A stretch of DNA of 62,879 nt. Origin: Deltaproteobacteria bacterium. GTDB lineage: Bacteria; Desulfobacterota; Syntrophobacteria; BM002. Positions 44,824 through 53,852 of the stretch are shown piece after piece. The DNA is taken from positions 1-62,879 of the forward strand of contig JAJDNT010000261.1 of NCBI GenBank assembly GCA_022340515.1, given 5' to 3'. Under the pieces are notes generated by a model. That model was given only the letters and a program-made list of their open reading frames with translations, did not search any database and was not told the origin of the DNA. The position numbers and the translations under genes were made by a program. Position 1 is the stretch's first letter. Every line of letters begins with the position of its first letter.

Positions 44824-45603
44824 ATGCCTTTTATAGATGTTGAAGTCGCAGATAATATCGGGTTTATCTCTCTCAACAACCCCGGCAAGAGAAACGCCCT
44901 GAGCCGTGAACTGGTGGACGAAATCCTTCAAACTTTTAAAGACTTTAAACAGCGCAAAATCGCGGCCGTAATCTTGCGAGCCCCTGACGGATGCTCCGTC
45001 TGGTCCGCGGGACACGATATCAAGGAGTTGCCCGAGGGTCGCCGGGATCCTCTCGGCTACGGCGACTCAGTGGAAAAGCTGCTCCGCGCGGTTCAGAGAT
45101 ATCCCGGGCCGGTTATTGCCATGGTTCACGGAAGCGTTTGGGGAGGCGCCTGCGATCTCGTCATGACGTGCGATATTGTCATAGGGGATGAAACCTCATC
45201 TTTTGCGATTACCCCGGCGAAGATTGCGCTACCATACAATGTTACGGGTATTCTGCATTTCATCAGCAGGCTGGGTTTGAATATTGCCAAGGAGATGTTC
45301 TTTTCGGCAGACCCAATCACCGCTGAGAGGGCCGAGCGCGTCGGCATACTGAATCATTTGGTGCCGTCAGATAAGCTCCTAGAGTTCACGACAGATCTGG
45401 CAAAAATGATGGCGACCCGCTCTGCGCTTGCCATTTCCGTTATCAAGGAGCAGTTTAATCTTCTTGCCGGTGCCCACCCCATAGCCCCCGATGTTTTCGA
45501 ACGCATCCAGGGGTTGAGAAGAAAGGTATACGACAGCCACGACTATGGAGAAGGCATTCGCTCCTTCCTGGAAAAGCGGGAACCGGTGTTCAAAGGCGAA
45601 TAG
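44824..45603 (+). CDS. Crotonase-fold enzyme closely resembling methylmalonyl-CoA decarboxylase (ScpB/YgfG-like)
   Basis: Collinear with the E. coli YgfG sequence as I recall it (ILRAP...SAGHDI.ELP.G.RDPL.Y, GSVWGGA, ERIQG.RR.VYDS.DY.EG..AFLEKR.P.F). Confidence 0.7.
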   Translation: MPFIDVEVADNIGFISLNNPGKRNALSRELVDEILQTFKDFKQRKIAAVILRAPDGCSVWSAGHDIKELPEGRRDPLGYGDSVEKLLRAVQRYPGPVIAMVHGSVWGGACDLVMTCDIVIGDETSSFAITPAKIALPYNVTGILHFISRLGLNIAKEMFFSADPITAERAERVGILNHLVPSDKLLEFTTDLAKMMATRSALAISVIKEQFNLLAGAHPIAPDVFERIQGLRRKVYDSHDYGEGIRSFLEKREPVFKGE

Positions 45604-45715
45604 GTATCAGGCAAACTTGCACGCTTTTTCAGAAACAGAGCTGGCTGCAGGCTGAATGAGTAATTTGGGGGTTCCCCGGCGGACCTAACCACAACAAACC
45701 AGAAAGGATAATTGG

Positions 45716-47269
45716 ATGAACACGGGTGCACTTAGCCTTATAGACACCGCCCTGCGCGCAGGTGTTGAGGTGTGCTTCGCAAATCCCGGTACCACTGAGA
45801 TGCCAATCGTCGCGGAGCTTGACCGCTTGCCTGGCATGCGTGTCGTTCTTGGACTATTTGAAGGCGTTTGTACCGGTGCTGCGGACGGCTGGGCACGCAT
45901 GACTAGACATCCCGCCGCGACGCTGCTGCATCTCGGGCCTGGCTTTGCCAACGGTATCGCGAACCTGCACAATGCGCGGCGTGCACGCAGCCCCGTCGTC
46001 AACTGGATCGGCGATCACCCTAGCCGGCATCTGCCGTTCGACGCGCCGCTTACCTCGGACATCGCGGCCCTCACCGGCAGCGTAGGCTGGACTCGCACCG
46101 TCAAGTCCGCCAAGGAAATGGCCGAGGCAAGCCTCGCCTCTGTCGAGGCGGCACTCGGGCCGCCGGGGCGCGTGGCGTCGCTGATCATTCCTGCTGACTG
46201 CCAGTGGGAACCGGGGCCTGAACCACTTTCCGAGAAAACGTCGCCGGCATTGCGCGAAACTCCGACGGGGGCGACCCGAGAGGCAGCACGCCTGCTACGG
46301 AAGGGTCGCGCTGGAATCTTGCTCGGCGGAAATGCACTTACCTCGCGTGGCCTGCGCGCCGCCGCGCGGGTGGCGGTCGCCACCGGTTGCGGGGTCTGGG
46401 TCGAGACCTTCCCATCGCGCCAAGAGTGCGGCCGCCACCTGCCCCGTTTTCCCGCACTGCCCTATTTTCCGGAGCAGGCCCGCGAAACGCTGGCAAAGGT
46501 CACGAGTCTGGTGCTCGCGGGCGCCCGCGAGCCGGTGGCCTTTTTTGCTTATCCGGATCAACCTTCGCAGCTCGCACCAGATGGCGCAACGCTTTACTCG
46601 CTGGCGGACCCGGACAAGGGTGTCGATGCAGAAGTCGCGCTCGAGGCGCTCGCCGAGGAGTTGGACGCGCCGGCAGCCGCCACACCGCCGCGGAACATGC
46701 CAGCCTTTGTGCCAAGCGGCCAGCCGCTCGACCCTGATAACTTGGGTCGCGCCCTAGCAGCAGTTACGCCTGAGAATGCGATTGTCGTGAATGAAGCGAC
46801 CACTACTGGGTTTATGTGGAACGCGGTGCACGCTTCCAATGCAGCACCACACACCATGTTCTTCTCTACGGGCGGCGCAATCGGCCAGGGTCTGCCCAAT
46901 GCGCTCGGTGCCGCGCTCGCATGCCCGGACCGGCGTGTAATCGCATTCCAGGCTGACGGAAGCGGTCTGTACACGGTACAGGCGCTCTGGTCGATGGCGC
47001 GCGAGAACGCAGATGTGACCGTGGTGGTGTGCGCGAATCGCCGCTACCGCATCTTGCAGGTCGAACTTGCGCGCGCCGGTATCGCACACCCTGGACCAAA
47101 GGCGCAGGCGCTCACCGATCTGACAAGACCGGTGATCGATTGGGCTGCGCTGGCGAAGGGTTTCGGTGTGCCGGCTTGTAGCGTGCGCACCGACGGCGAA
47201 TTGGCCGATGCGCTCATACGCGCTTTTGCTGAGCGCGGTCCCAGTCTCATAGAGGCATTGCTTGACTAA
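45716..47269 (+). CDS. Thiamine-diphosphate enzyme (acetolactate synthase / benzoylformate decarboxylase family)
   Basis: N-terminal PYR domain (CFANPGTTEMP...AADGWAR) and a C-terminal GDGS...N ThDP motif (FQADGSGLY...CANRRY). GC content is clearly higher than in the neighbours. Confidence 0.8.
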   Translation: MNTGALSLIDTALRAGVEVCFANPGTTEMPIVAELDRLPGMRVVLGLFEGVCTGAADGWARMTRHPAATLLHLGPGFANGIANLHNARRARSPVVNWIGDHPSRHLPFDAPLTSDIAALTGSVGWTRTVKSAKEMAEASLASVEAALGPPGRVASLIIPADCQWEPGPEPLSEKTSPALRETPTGATREAARLLRKGRAGILLGGNALTSRGLRAAARVAVATGCGVWVETFPSRQECGRHLPRFPALPYFPEQARETLAKVTSLVLAGAREPVAFFAYPDQPSQLAPDGATLYSLADPDKGVDAEVALEALAEELDAPAAATPPRNMPAFVPSGQPLDPDNLGRALAAVTPENAIVVNEATTTGFMWNAVHASNAAPHTMFFSTGGAIGQGLPNALGAALACPDRRVIAFQADGSGLYTVQALWSMARENADVTVVVCANRRYRILQVELARAGIAHPGPKAQALTDLTRPVIDWAALAKGFGVPACSVRTDGELADALIRAFAERGPSLIEALLD

Positions 47270-47521
47270 TGCCCACCAAGGTAACGCCAAACACGCTGCA
47301 TAAGCACGGCGCGAATAGATCTGTTTTTTCTACCCTTACTGAAAATTACATGCTTTAATCCACACTCCAAGCCTCGAGAGCTCGCTACCAAATATGGTGG
47401 TTGTTTCGCGAATGTCACATATAAAAGTAGCTGCTATTTATCTAGAGTCCAAAGCATCCGTGAAAAGCTAGGATCTTCTCATCATATCTGCACTCGTTAG
47501 CCTAACATAATTTCAAGCTTG

Positions 47522-47590
47522 AGCGTTATAATGTAAACTCTCCCACCATTTCAGTGGGACTTCATATATCATACTTTAATCCACACTTAC
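47522..47590 (+). repeat. Dispersed repeat B, copy 1 (AGCGTTATAATGTAAACTCTCCCACCATTTC...CTTTAATCCACACTT)
   Basis: Same length as 56446-56513 and about 70% identical by eye. Partial echoes at about 47350-47375 and 48025-48060. Confidence 0.55.
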
Positions 47591-47638
47591 GCTCCTTTTG
47601 CCTTGTGCCAAGATGTAGTATCCTGCCCGTCAGAGTCA

Positions 47639-47714
47639 AAAATGTGAGCTAAAGGATGTTATATTAAGTCCTAGCAAGCCAAGAGGAAACTTCATATAAC
47701 TCGATCATATCTTG
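47639..47714 (+). repeat. Direct repeat, copy 2 (core GGATGTTATATTAAG)
   Basis: See 43098-43170. Confidence 0.65.
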
Positions 47715-47777
47715 AATTTGCCTGATGTTCATATACTGGCAAAAAATCTAAAGTATTAACTTTCACAGAAATACCCC

Positions 47778-47961
47778 TAGCCCAGATATTTCATGAATTC
47801 CTGTCGCGAGACCGTGAAGTTGGGCGGGCCACCGGGCAACCGCAGGGTGTTGAACCCGAGGCGTACCTATACGGTACGTCGCAGGGTACGACACCCGAGG
47901 ACGCCCGGAAGGACGACCATATCCGCGGTCGGAGTAAGTAATTCATGAAATATCCGGGCTA
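47778..47961. mobile_element. 184-bp foldback (MITE-like) element, copy 1
   Basis: Terminal inverted repeats TAGCCCAGATATTTCATGAATT / AATTCATGAAATATCCGGGCTA. The element centre coincides with the loop of the GGCGTACC-TATAC-GGTACGTC hairpin. It is about 85% identical by eye to 59433-59616. Confidence 0.75.
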
Positions 47962-48406
47962 AATCCTCTCATAGATGGTTTAACTATCCTCGCATCCGAC
48001 AGACACTAGATTGAACTTGATAGGATAATCTGCTAAACTCCCACCACTTTATTCGCTTCTCTCTTCTCGCGATCACATGGAAACCAATGCCACTAGATTA
48101 GACCTAAGCTCATATTAGGCAACTTTTGGCCACCTTTTTGATTCGTCTATTGAGGATCGGCTGATCGAATCTGGGAACTCACAATCATTGCGCCATGAAA
48201 TACCATACTCTGAGCATAGACAGCATCGCCAAAGATGGTATTCTGTTTTTCGAACATTACGCCAAGCCATCCTGGCCGCAGGGCGGTTAGCCTACATCAT
48301 CGGCTAGCATCTAATTCGCCAAATCAAACCTCTTGGGCTAGGTGTTGCTCTTTATTCATGAAAAAATCTTCGAATCACTCACCCAAGTAAAAATAAGGAG
48401 AGACGA

Positions 48407-49717
48407 ATGAGCAGAGCTACCAACAGTAAATATCTCCGCGAACTGCGCGCCAAAGTCATTCCTCAGGGACAAGGCAGTGTGACTCCTTATTATGTTGACA
48501 CAGCCAAAGGGTCCTTGATCTACGACGTGGAAGGTCATGAGTTCATTGATTTTTCCGGGGGAATCGGGGTGATGAATGTGGGACATTCTCACCCTAAAGT
48601 GGTAGAGGCCATCAAAGATCAGGCAGAGAAATTCACCCACACCTGCTTTATGGTCGTCCCCTATCCACAAGTCGTTGAGCTGGCTGAAAAGTTGTGTAAC
48701 CTTACACCAGGGACCTTCCCCAAAAAGGCGCTATTCATAAACAGCGGGGCTGAAGCGGTCGAGAATGCCATTAAAATCGCCCGCTATTACACCAAGAGGA
48801 CTGCTGTGATTGCCTTTGAGAACGGTTTTCATGGTCGCACCTTCTTAACCATGAGCCTTACCAGCAAGGTCAAGCCATACAAGCTTGGCTTTGGTCCTTT
48901 TGCGCCGGAAGTGTATCGCATGCCTTATGCCTACTGCTATCGCTGTCCCCTAGGTCTCAGCTATCCGAGCTGTGATGTGGCTTGTGCTGACTACCTACAG
49001 GAGTTTTTCATCACCCACGTGGCTGCGGAATCCACCGCCGCCCTCATTGTGGAGCCCATCACCGGCGAGGGAGGCTTCATAACGCCACCACCGGAGTACT
49101 TCCCCAAGCTCTCTAAAATATGCCAAGAGAAAGGTATTGTTTTCATTGGTGACGAGATCCAGAGCGGCATGGGCCGTACAGGCAAAATGTTCGCCCTAGA
49201 GCACTGGAACGTGGAGGCGGACCTGACAATCGTTGCCAAAAGCCTTGCTGCCGGCATGCCTCTCAGTGCAGTGGTAGGGAAGATGGAGATGATGGATTCT
49301 CCGCATGTTGGAGGGTTGGGAGGAACTTACGGCGGCAATCCCGTGTGTTGTCGAGCTGCGCTTGCAGTGTTGGACATCTTCGAAGAGGAAGACCTATTGA
49401 AAAAGGCACAGCTTCTGGGTGAAAAGGTCAGAAAAAGATTCGATACTTGGCAACAGCAATTTGAGCTGATAGGTGAAGTTCGCGGACTGGGTCCCATGTT
49501 GGCGCTAGAATTGGTCAAGGACCGCGAGACCAAGGAACCTGCTACTGATGAAGCCAAAGAACTGGTGGAATTCAGCCACAAAAGAGGATTGATTCTCCTG
49601 GCCTGCGGCAATTTTGGAAACGTTATCCGGACCCTGATGCCTCTGGTTATAGAAGATGAGCAGTTGGAGCGGGGCCTTGCCATCATGGAGGAAGGACTCA
49701 CCGCCCTCTCGAAGTGA
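48407..49717 (+). CDS. gabT: Class III aminotransferase (4-aminobutyrate aminotransferase-like)
   Basis: DFSGGIGVMNVGHSHP, DEIQSGMGRTG and the PLP Lys in VAKSLAAGMPLSAV. Confidence 0.8.
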   Translation: MSRATNSKYLRELRAKVIPQGQGSVTPYYVDTAKGSLIYDVEGHEFIDFSGGIGVMNVGHSHPKVVEAIKDQAEKFTHTCFMVVPYPQVVELAEKLCNLTPGTFPKKALFINSGAEAVENAIKIARYYTKRTAVIAFENGFHGRTFLTMSLTSKVKPYKLGFGPFAPEVYRMPYAYCYRCPLGLSYPSCDVACADYLQEFFITHVAAESTAALIVEPITGEGGFITPPPEYFPKLSKICQEKGIVFIGDEIQSGMGRTGKMFALEHWNVEADLTIVAKSLAAGMPLSAVVGKMEMMDSPHVGGLGGTYGGNPVCCRAALAVLDIFEEEDLLKKAQLLGEKVRKRFDTWQQQFELIGEVRGLGPMLALELVKDRETKEPATDEAKELVEFSHKRGLILLACGNFGNVIRTLMPLVIEDEQLERGLAIMEEGLTALSK

Positions 49718-49850
49718 TATGAATCTAAACATCAACTCAAGTCAACAGAGTCTCTTAAAAGCGCCGACGGCAGTTTTGCACTAAACAAGGAAATGAGGAA
49801 TGAACGATTTGTGAGAGGTAGACATTATGAAAACGAAAAAGGAGGACAAC

Positions 49851-51107
49851 ATGAAGGGAACAAAAATCAGTCAGCATGTCTTTCGAGGAATTTTGGCAAC
49901 CATTTGCGTATGCTCGTTGATATTCTTTACGGGCACCCCATCCTTGGCGGGCCCAGAGGTGGTCAAAATCGGTAACATCATACCGCTGTCAGGACCTTCG
50001 GCGTCGGTTGGGCAGCAAGGAAAACAAGCACGCGAGATGGCGGTCGAGGAGATTAATGCTGCCGGAGGCATCAAGTCATTGGGTGGAGCCAAGCTGGAAA
50101 TGCTGTATGCCGATTCCGAATCTAAACCAGAAAAAGGTGTTGCGGAGGCCGAACGTTTTATAAACACTGAAGGAGTGCATGTCCTGACGGGCTGTTGGAA
50201 TTCAGCGGTAACTTATCCCACCACTGCGGTAGCCGAACGTTACGGCATTCCCTTTGTGGTTCCCGTGTCTGTGGCCGACAAGATTACTGAGCAAGGCTTC
50301 AAGACCGTTTTCCGCATTGCGGCCAAGGACAGTTGGTGGACCCGTGACCAGTTCGCTTTTTTAGCGGACATGGAAAAAGAGTTTAACACCAAGGTGAAAA
50401 AACTGGCCTTTGTCTATGAAAATGGAGATTGGGGAAAGGGATTTGCCGGGCAGTGGAAAGAGCTAGCTAAGAAAGGTGGCTACGAGGTCGTCCTGGATGA
50501 GCCATATCCCTCTACAGCTACAGATCTCAGCCCGGTGGTACAGAAGATCAGACGCGCCAAACCTGATGTCTTGATGCTCGTCTCCAATGCTGCGGACGCC
50601 ATTCTCCTGACCAATACCCTGGCGGAATACAAGGTTAAATTAAAGGCCATCATCGCTAGTGGCGGTGGGCACGCTGACCCGTCCTTCCTAAAGGCGGCCG
50701 GCAAAAACGCCCGCTACATATTCGACATCGTCGAGTGGGAGACCGATGTCAACAAGCCGGGAGCCAAGGAGGCCAACGCCAAGTATAAGGCCAAATATGG
50801 AGAGAACCTTACCGGCGAAGCCGTGGACGCCTATCTGGCCACGTATGTGCTCAAAGACGCCCTAGAGCGAGCTGGATCTTTGGATCCGGCCAAGATCCGC
50901 GAAGCACTGGCGACCACCAATCTTAGGAGCGGACCGGGCATGATCGTCGGTTACTCAGCGGTTGAATTCGATAAGACCGGCCAGAACGAGCATGCCGCTC
51001 TGGTCATCGTACAGATCAATGATATAGGCAGTGGCATGGAGCGTATCACCGTGTGGCCGAAAGAAGCTCGTCGCGCCGGGTACACTCCGGTATTTCCCAT
51101 GCCATAA
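49851..51107 (+). CDS. Branched-chain/aliphatic amino-acid ABC transporter substrate-binding protein
   Basis: GGAGG lies 5 nt before the ATG at 49851. Signal peptide and Leu/Ile/Val-binding-protein-like fold motifs. Confidence 0.8.
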   Translation: MKGTKISQHVFRGILATICVCSLIFFTGTPSLAGPEVVKIGNIIPLSGPSASVGQQGKQAREMAVEEINAAGGIKSLGGAKLEMLYADSESKPEKGVAEAERFINTEGVHVLTGCWNSAVTYPTTAVAERYGIPFVVPVSVADKITEQGFKTVFRIAAKDSWWTRDQFAFLADMEKEFNTKVKKLAFVYENGDWGKGFAGQWKELAKKGGYEVVLDEPYPSTATDLSPVVQKIRRAKPDVLMLVSNAADAILLTNTLAEYKVKLKAIIASGGGHADPSFLKAAGKNARYIFDIVEWETDVNKPGAKEANAKYKAKYGENLTGEAVDAYLATYVLKDALERAGSLDPAKIREALATTNLRSGPGMIVGYSAVEFDKTGQNEHAALVIVQINDIGSGMERITVWPKEARRAGYTPVFPMP

Positions 51108-51131
51108 CACTAACCAAATTATGCCCTGTTA

Positions 51132-51163
51132 GGGGGAGCCGGCCCACAGGGCATGGCTCCCCC
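51132..51163 (+). other. Intercistronic hairpin between the SBP and permease genes
   Basis: GGGGGAGCC (51132-51140) pairs with GGCTCCCCC (51155-51163), with a 14-nt loop. Confidence 0.5.
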
Positions 51164-51203
51164 CACAACGGGCCATTCAGCCTGTATCTCTCCGGAGGCC
51201 GTC

Positions 51204-52091
51204 GTGAATTATATTATTGAAGGTTTAATCAACGGTATCCTCATGGGGTCAATTTACGGTCTCACCGCCCTGGGCCTGACGATTATCTTCGGCGTACTCA
51301 AAGTCATTAACTTCGCCCACGGCTCCCTGCTTATGGTCGGCATGTACGTGGCCTATTGGGCTGTCTCACTGTCAGGCCTTCATCCATATCTCACCCTGGT
51401 AGTGGTGGTGCCGGTTATGTATCTGTTCGGCTATTACCTCCAAGATATCGTCATCAAACCTATTTTCAAGGCCGAAAGAGAAGTTCGCGAGCCCATCACC
51501 GTGATTATCGTTACCACAGGCGTCTGGTATATCCTGGACAACCTTACCTTGCTTGTTTTCGGCCCGCAGTACCGCAGCATTCAGGACAACCCCTTGCGGG
51601 GAAAGATGCTGGAATTCGGGGAAATGCTAATATCCGTTCCCAAACTTTGGGGGTTCTTTGCAGCTATTATCACCGCCGGCTCAGTCTATTGGTTCCTGCA
51701 GAAAACACGCACGGGAAGAGCCATTCGCGCCACAAGCCTCGACCGGGATGCAGCCAGTCTCATGGGCATCAAGCAATATAGAGTTTACAACATCGCTTTC
51801 GGCATCGGCACGGCTACGGCCGGTATTGCTGGGGTCACCCTCGTGCCCTTTTACAACGTCTTCCCCACCGTCGGGGTATTGTTCGACATCAAAGGCTTCA
51901 TTATCGTGGTGCTGGGAGGGCTCGGCAGCATCGGAGGCGCAATCTTGGGAGGAATCATTATCGGCTTGATCGAGTCGGTGGGTCCGCAATTCATGGCGGC
52001 TACTTGGACCGAGGCTATCGTTTACGGACTTTTTCTGCTGGTCCTGTTTGTCAAGCCTTCGGGCTTATTCGGCGTGAGATACGACTGGTAG
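51204..52091 (+). CDS. livH: LivH-type ABC permease
   Basis: GTG at 51204, 5 nt after GGAGG. The N-terminus VNYIIEGLINGILMGSIYGL is typical of LivH. Confidence 0.8.
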   Translation: MNYIIEGLINGILMGSIYGLTALGLTIIFGVLKVINFAHGSLLMVGMYVAYWAVSLSGLHPYLTLVVVVPVMYLFGYYLQDIVIKPIFKAEREVREPITVIIVTTGVWYILDNLTLLVFGPQYRSIQDNPLRGKMLEFGEMLISVPKLWGFFAAIITAGSVYWFLQKTRTGRAIRATSLDRDAASLMGIKQYRVYNIAFGIGTATAGIAGVTLVPFYNVFPTVGVLFDIKGFIIVVLGGLGSIGGAILGGIIIGLIESVGPQFMAATWTEAIVYGLFLLVLFVKPSGLFGVRYDW

Positions 52092-52103
52092 CCTAAGCCT
52101 CTC

Positions 52104-53123
52104 ATGGGTGAACAGATGACAAGACAAAATCTTCAAATATCTTCCTTGCTTTTAGTTGGAATCATTACCTTCGGACTGCCGCTGGTACTGCGCAGCCCCA
52201 CCTATCTCCACATTCTTATTTTACTATATCTTTACGCCTATCTCACCTCGAGCTGGAATTTGGTCGGGGGTTTCGCCGGGGTACTTCCTCTGGGGCACGC
52301 CGCCTTTGTCGGAATTGGGGCATACTCCTCGACCATTTTGTACCTGCAGTACGGCATCAGCCCATGGCTCGGAATGATCGTAGGTGGTATTCTCGCAGCT
52401 ATCGTAGGAATAATTATCGGGTTGCCAACCTTTAAAATGCGTGGTGCTTATTTTGCCCTGGCCACCATCGCCTTTGGCGAGGGCATAAGGGTTATGGTCG
52501 AAAACATCGACTACCTGGGCCCTTTCAATCTCAACGGGCCGCGGGGCTTGCAAATACCTCCACGAAATGTGGGGCTGACCAATCTTATGTTCACCACTAA
52601 GGAGCCTTATTACTATATTATCTTGATAATGCTTGTGGCCGTCCTGGCATTGACCTATTTTATCTCCCGCTCCAAACTGGGCTATTACTTGAATGCAGGT
52701 GGCGAGGAACCCGAGGCAGCCATGAGCTTGGGCGTCAATGTGGCAAGATGTAAGCTTATCGCCATGGCCATGAGTTCTTTTCTTACCGCCCTGGCCGGAA
52801 CTTTTTACGCCCAGTTCACCTTGTTCATCCATCCCAAAAGCATCATCTCCCTGGACCTCTCTTTTGAGATTGCCTTCATTGCCTTGATCGGCGGTCGTGG
52901 ATCCATTGCCGGTCCGGTCCTTGGAGCTCTTTTACTCAGGCCGGTCAGCGACTTTTCCCGTATCTACTTCGGGGCTACTTTGCCGGGACTGCATCTCATC
53001 ATTTTCGGAACCGTCCTTGTGTTGGTCATGATCTACCAACCACGGGGCCTGCAAGAACCGCTGACCAGAGTTTACCATAAACTGCTCTACCGGCTGATCC
53101 CTGAGCCAGCCGGCACGGAGTAA
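52104..53123 (+). CDS. livM: LivM-type ABC permease
   Basis: 339-aa polytopic protein with the G(H)AAF.G(I)GAY motif. Confidence 0.8.
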   Translation: MGEQMTRQNLQISSLLLVGIITFGLPLVLRSPTYLHILILLYLYAYLTSSWNLVGGFAGVLPLGHAAFVGIGAYSSTILYLQYGISPWLGMIVGGILAAIVGIIIGLPTFKMRGAYFALATIAFGEGIRVMVENIDYLGPFNLNGPRGLQIPPRNVGLTNLMFTTKEPYYYIILIMLVAVLALTYFISRSKLGYYLNAGGEEPEAAMSLGVNVARCKLIAMAMSSFLTALAGTFYAQFTLFIHPKSIISLDLSFEIAFIALIGGRGSIAGPVLGALLLRPVSDFSRIYFGATLPGLHLIIFGTVLVLVMIYQPRGLQEPLTRVYHKLLYRLIPEPAGTE

Positions 53124-53126
53124 GGT

Positions 53127-53852
53127 ATGAAGATTCTCGAGCTAAAAAATCTCACAAAGGACTTCGGTGGACTGAGGGCGGTGGACAACTTAAACCTCAG
53201 CATTGATGACGGCCAGATCCTGGGCCTAATCGGCCCCAACGGTGCAGGCAAGTCCACTGCTTTCAATTGCATCGCTGGGGTATATCCACCCTCTGAGGGA
53301 GATATCTATTTCAATGGTGAAAAGATCAACAATGAGAAGCCATGGAATCTATGCAAGAAGGGTTTGGCACGCACCTTTCAGATCGTCAAGCCCTTTTCCT
53401 CCAAGAGCGTCCTCTACAACGTCATGGTAGGAAGCTTTGCAAACAAGGACAAGAGAGCCGATGCCGAAAAGAAATCCCTCGAAATCCTTAAGTATCTCCA
53501 TCTCGAAGATAAGAAAGACATAAGAGCCGGAAATCTGACCATCGCCGATCGCAAGCGGTTAGAGATAGCCCGAGCTCTGGCTACGGAACCTAGATTATTA
53601 TTGCTCGATGAGGTCATGGCGGGTTTACGGCCCACGGAAGTAGACGAGATGGTCGAGATTATCAAAAATCTTCGTGAGAGCGGTATCACTGTATTTGTCA
53701 TTGAGCATATCATGCGGGCGATCATGGCGCTTTCAGACTGGATCGTGGTCATCCATTTCGGTCAAAAAATTGCCGAAGGTATTCCAGAAACAGTCGCCGC
53801 AGACGAAAATGTGATCAAGGCGTATCTGGGAGAAGAGTATGGCGTTTCTTGA
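53127..53852 (+). CDS. livG: LivG-type ABC ATPase
   Basis: GPNGAGKST, LLLDEVMAGL and the C-terminal VIKAYLG. Confidence 0.85.
   Translation: MKILELKNLTKDFGGLRAVDNLNLSIDDGQILGLIGPNGAGKSTAFNCIAGVYPPSEGDIYFNGEKINNEKPWNLCKKGLARTFQIVKPFSSKSVLYNVMVGSFANKDKRADAEKKSLEILKYLHLEDKKDIRAGNLTIADRKRLEIARALATEPRLLLLDEVMAGLRPTEVDEMVEIIKNLRESGITVFVIEHIMRAIMALSDWIVVIHFGQKIAEGIPETVAADENVIKAYLGEEYGVS

Noticed and set aside
45685-47290. Many long ORFs on both strands overlapping the ThDP-enzyme gene (for example 46015-46383, 46332-46757, 46594-46974 and 46754-47290).
   Set aside because: They are Arg/Ala/Pro-rich translations with no motifs. They are the expected stop-codon-poor artefacts of high-GC DNA. The plus-strand 517-aa frame has clear ThDP-enzyme motifs along its whole length.
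47778-47961. The foldback element as a retron msr/msd, a group II intron remnant or a self-cleaving ribozyme.
   Set aside because: No reverse transcriptase or other ORF follows any copy. No domain-V-like sequence or hammerhead core (CUGAUGA...GAAA in the proper context) was seen. The element is a simple whole-length palindrome.
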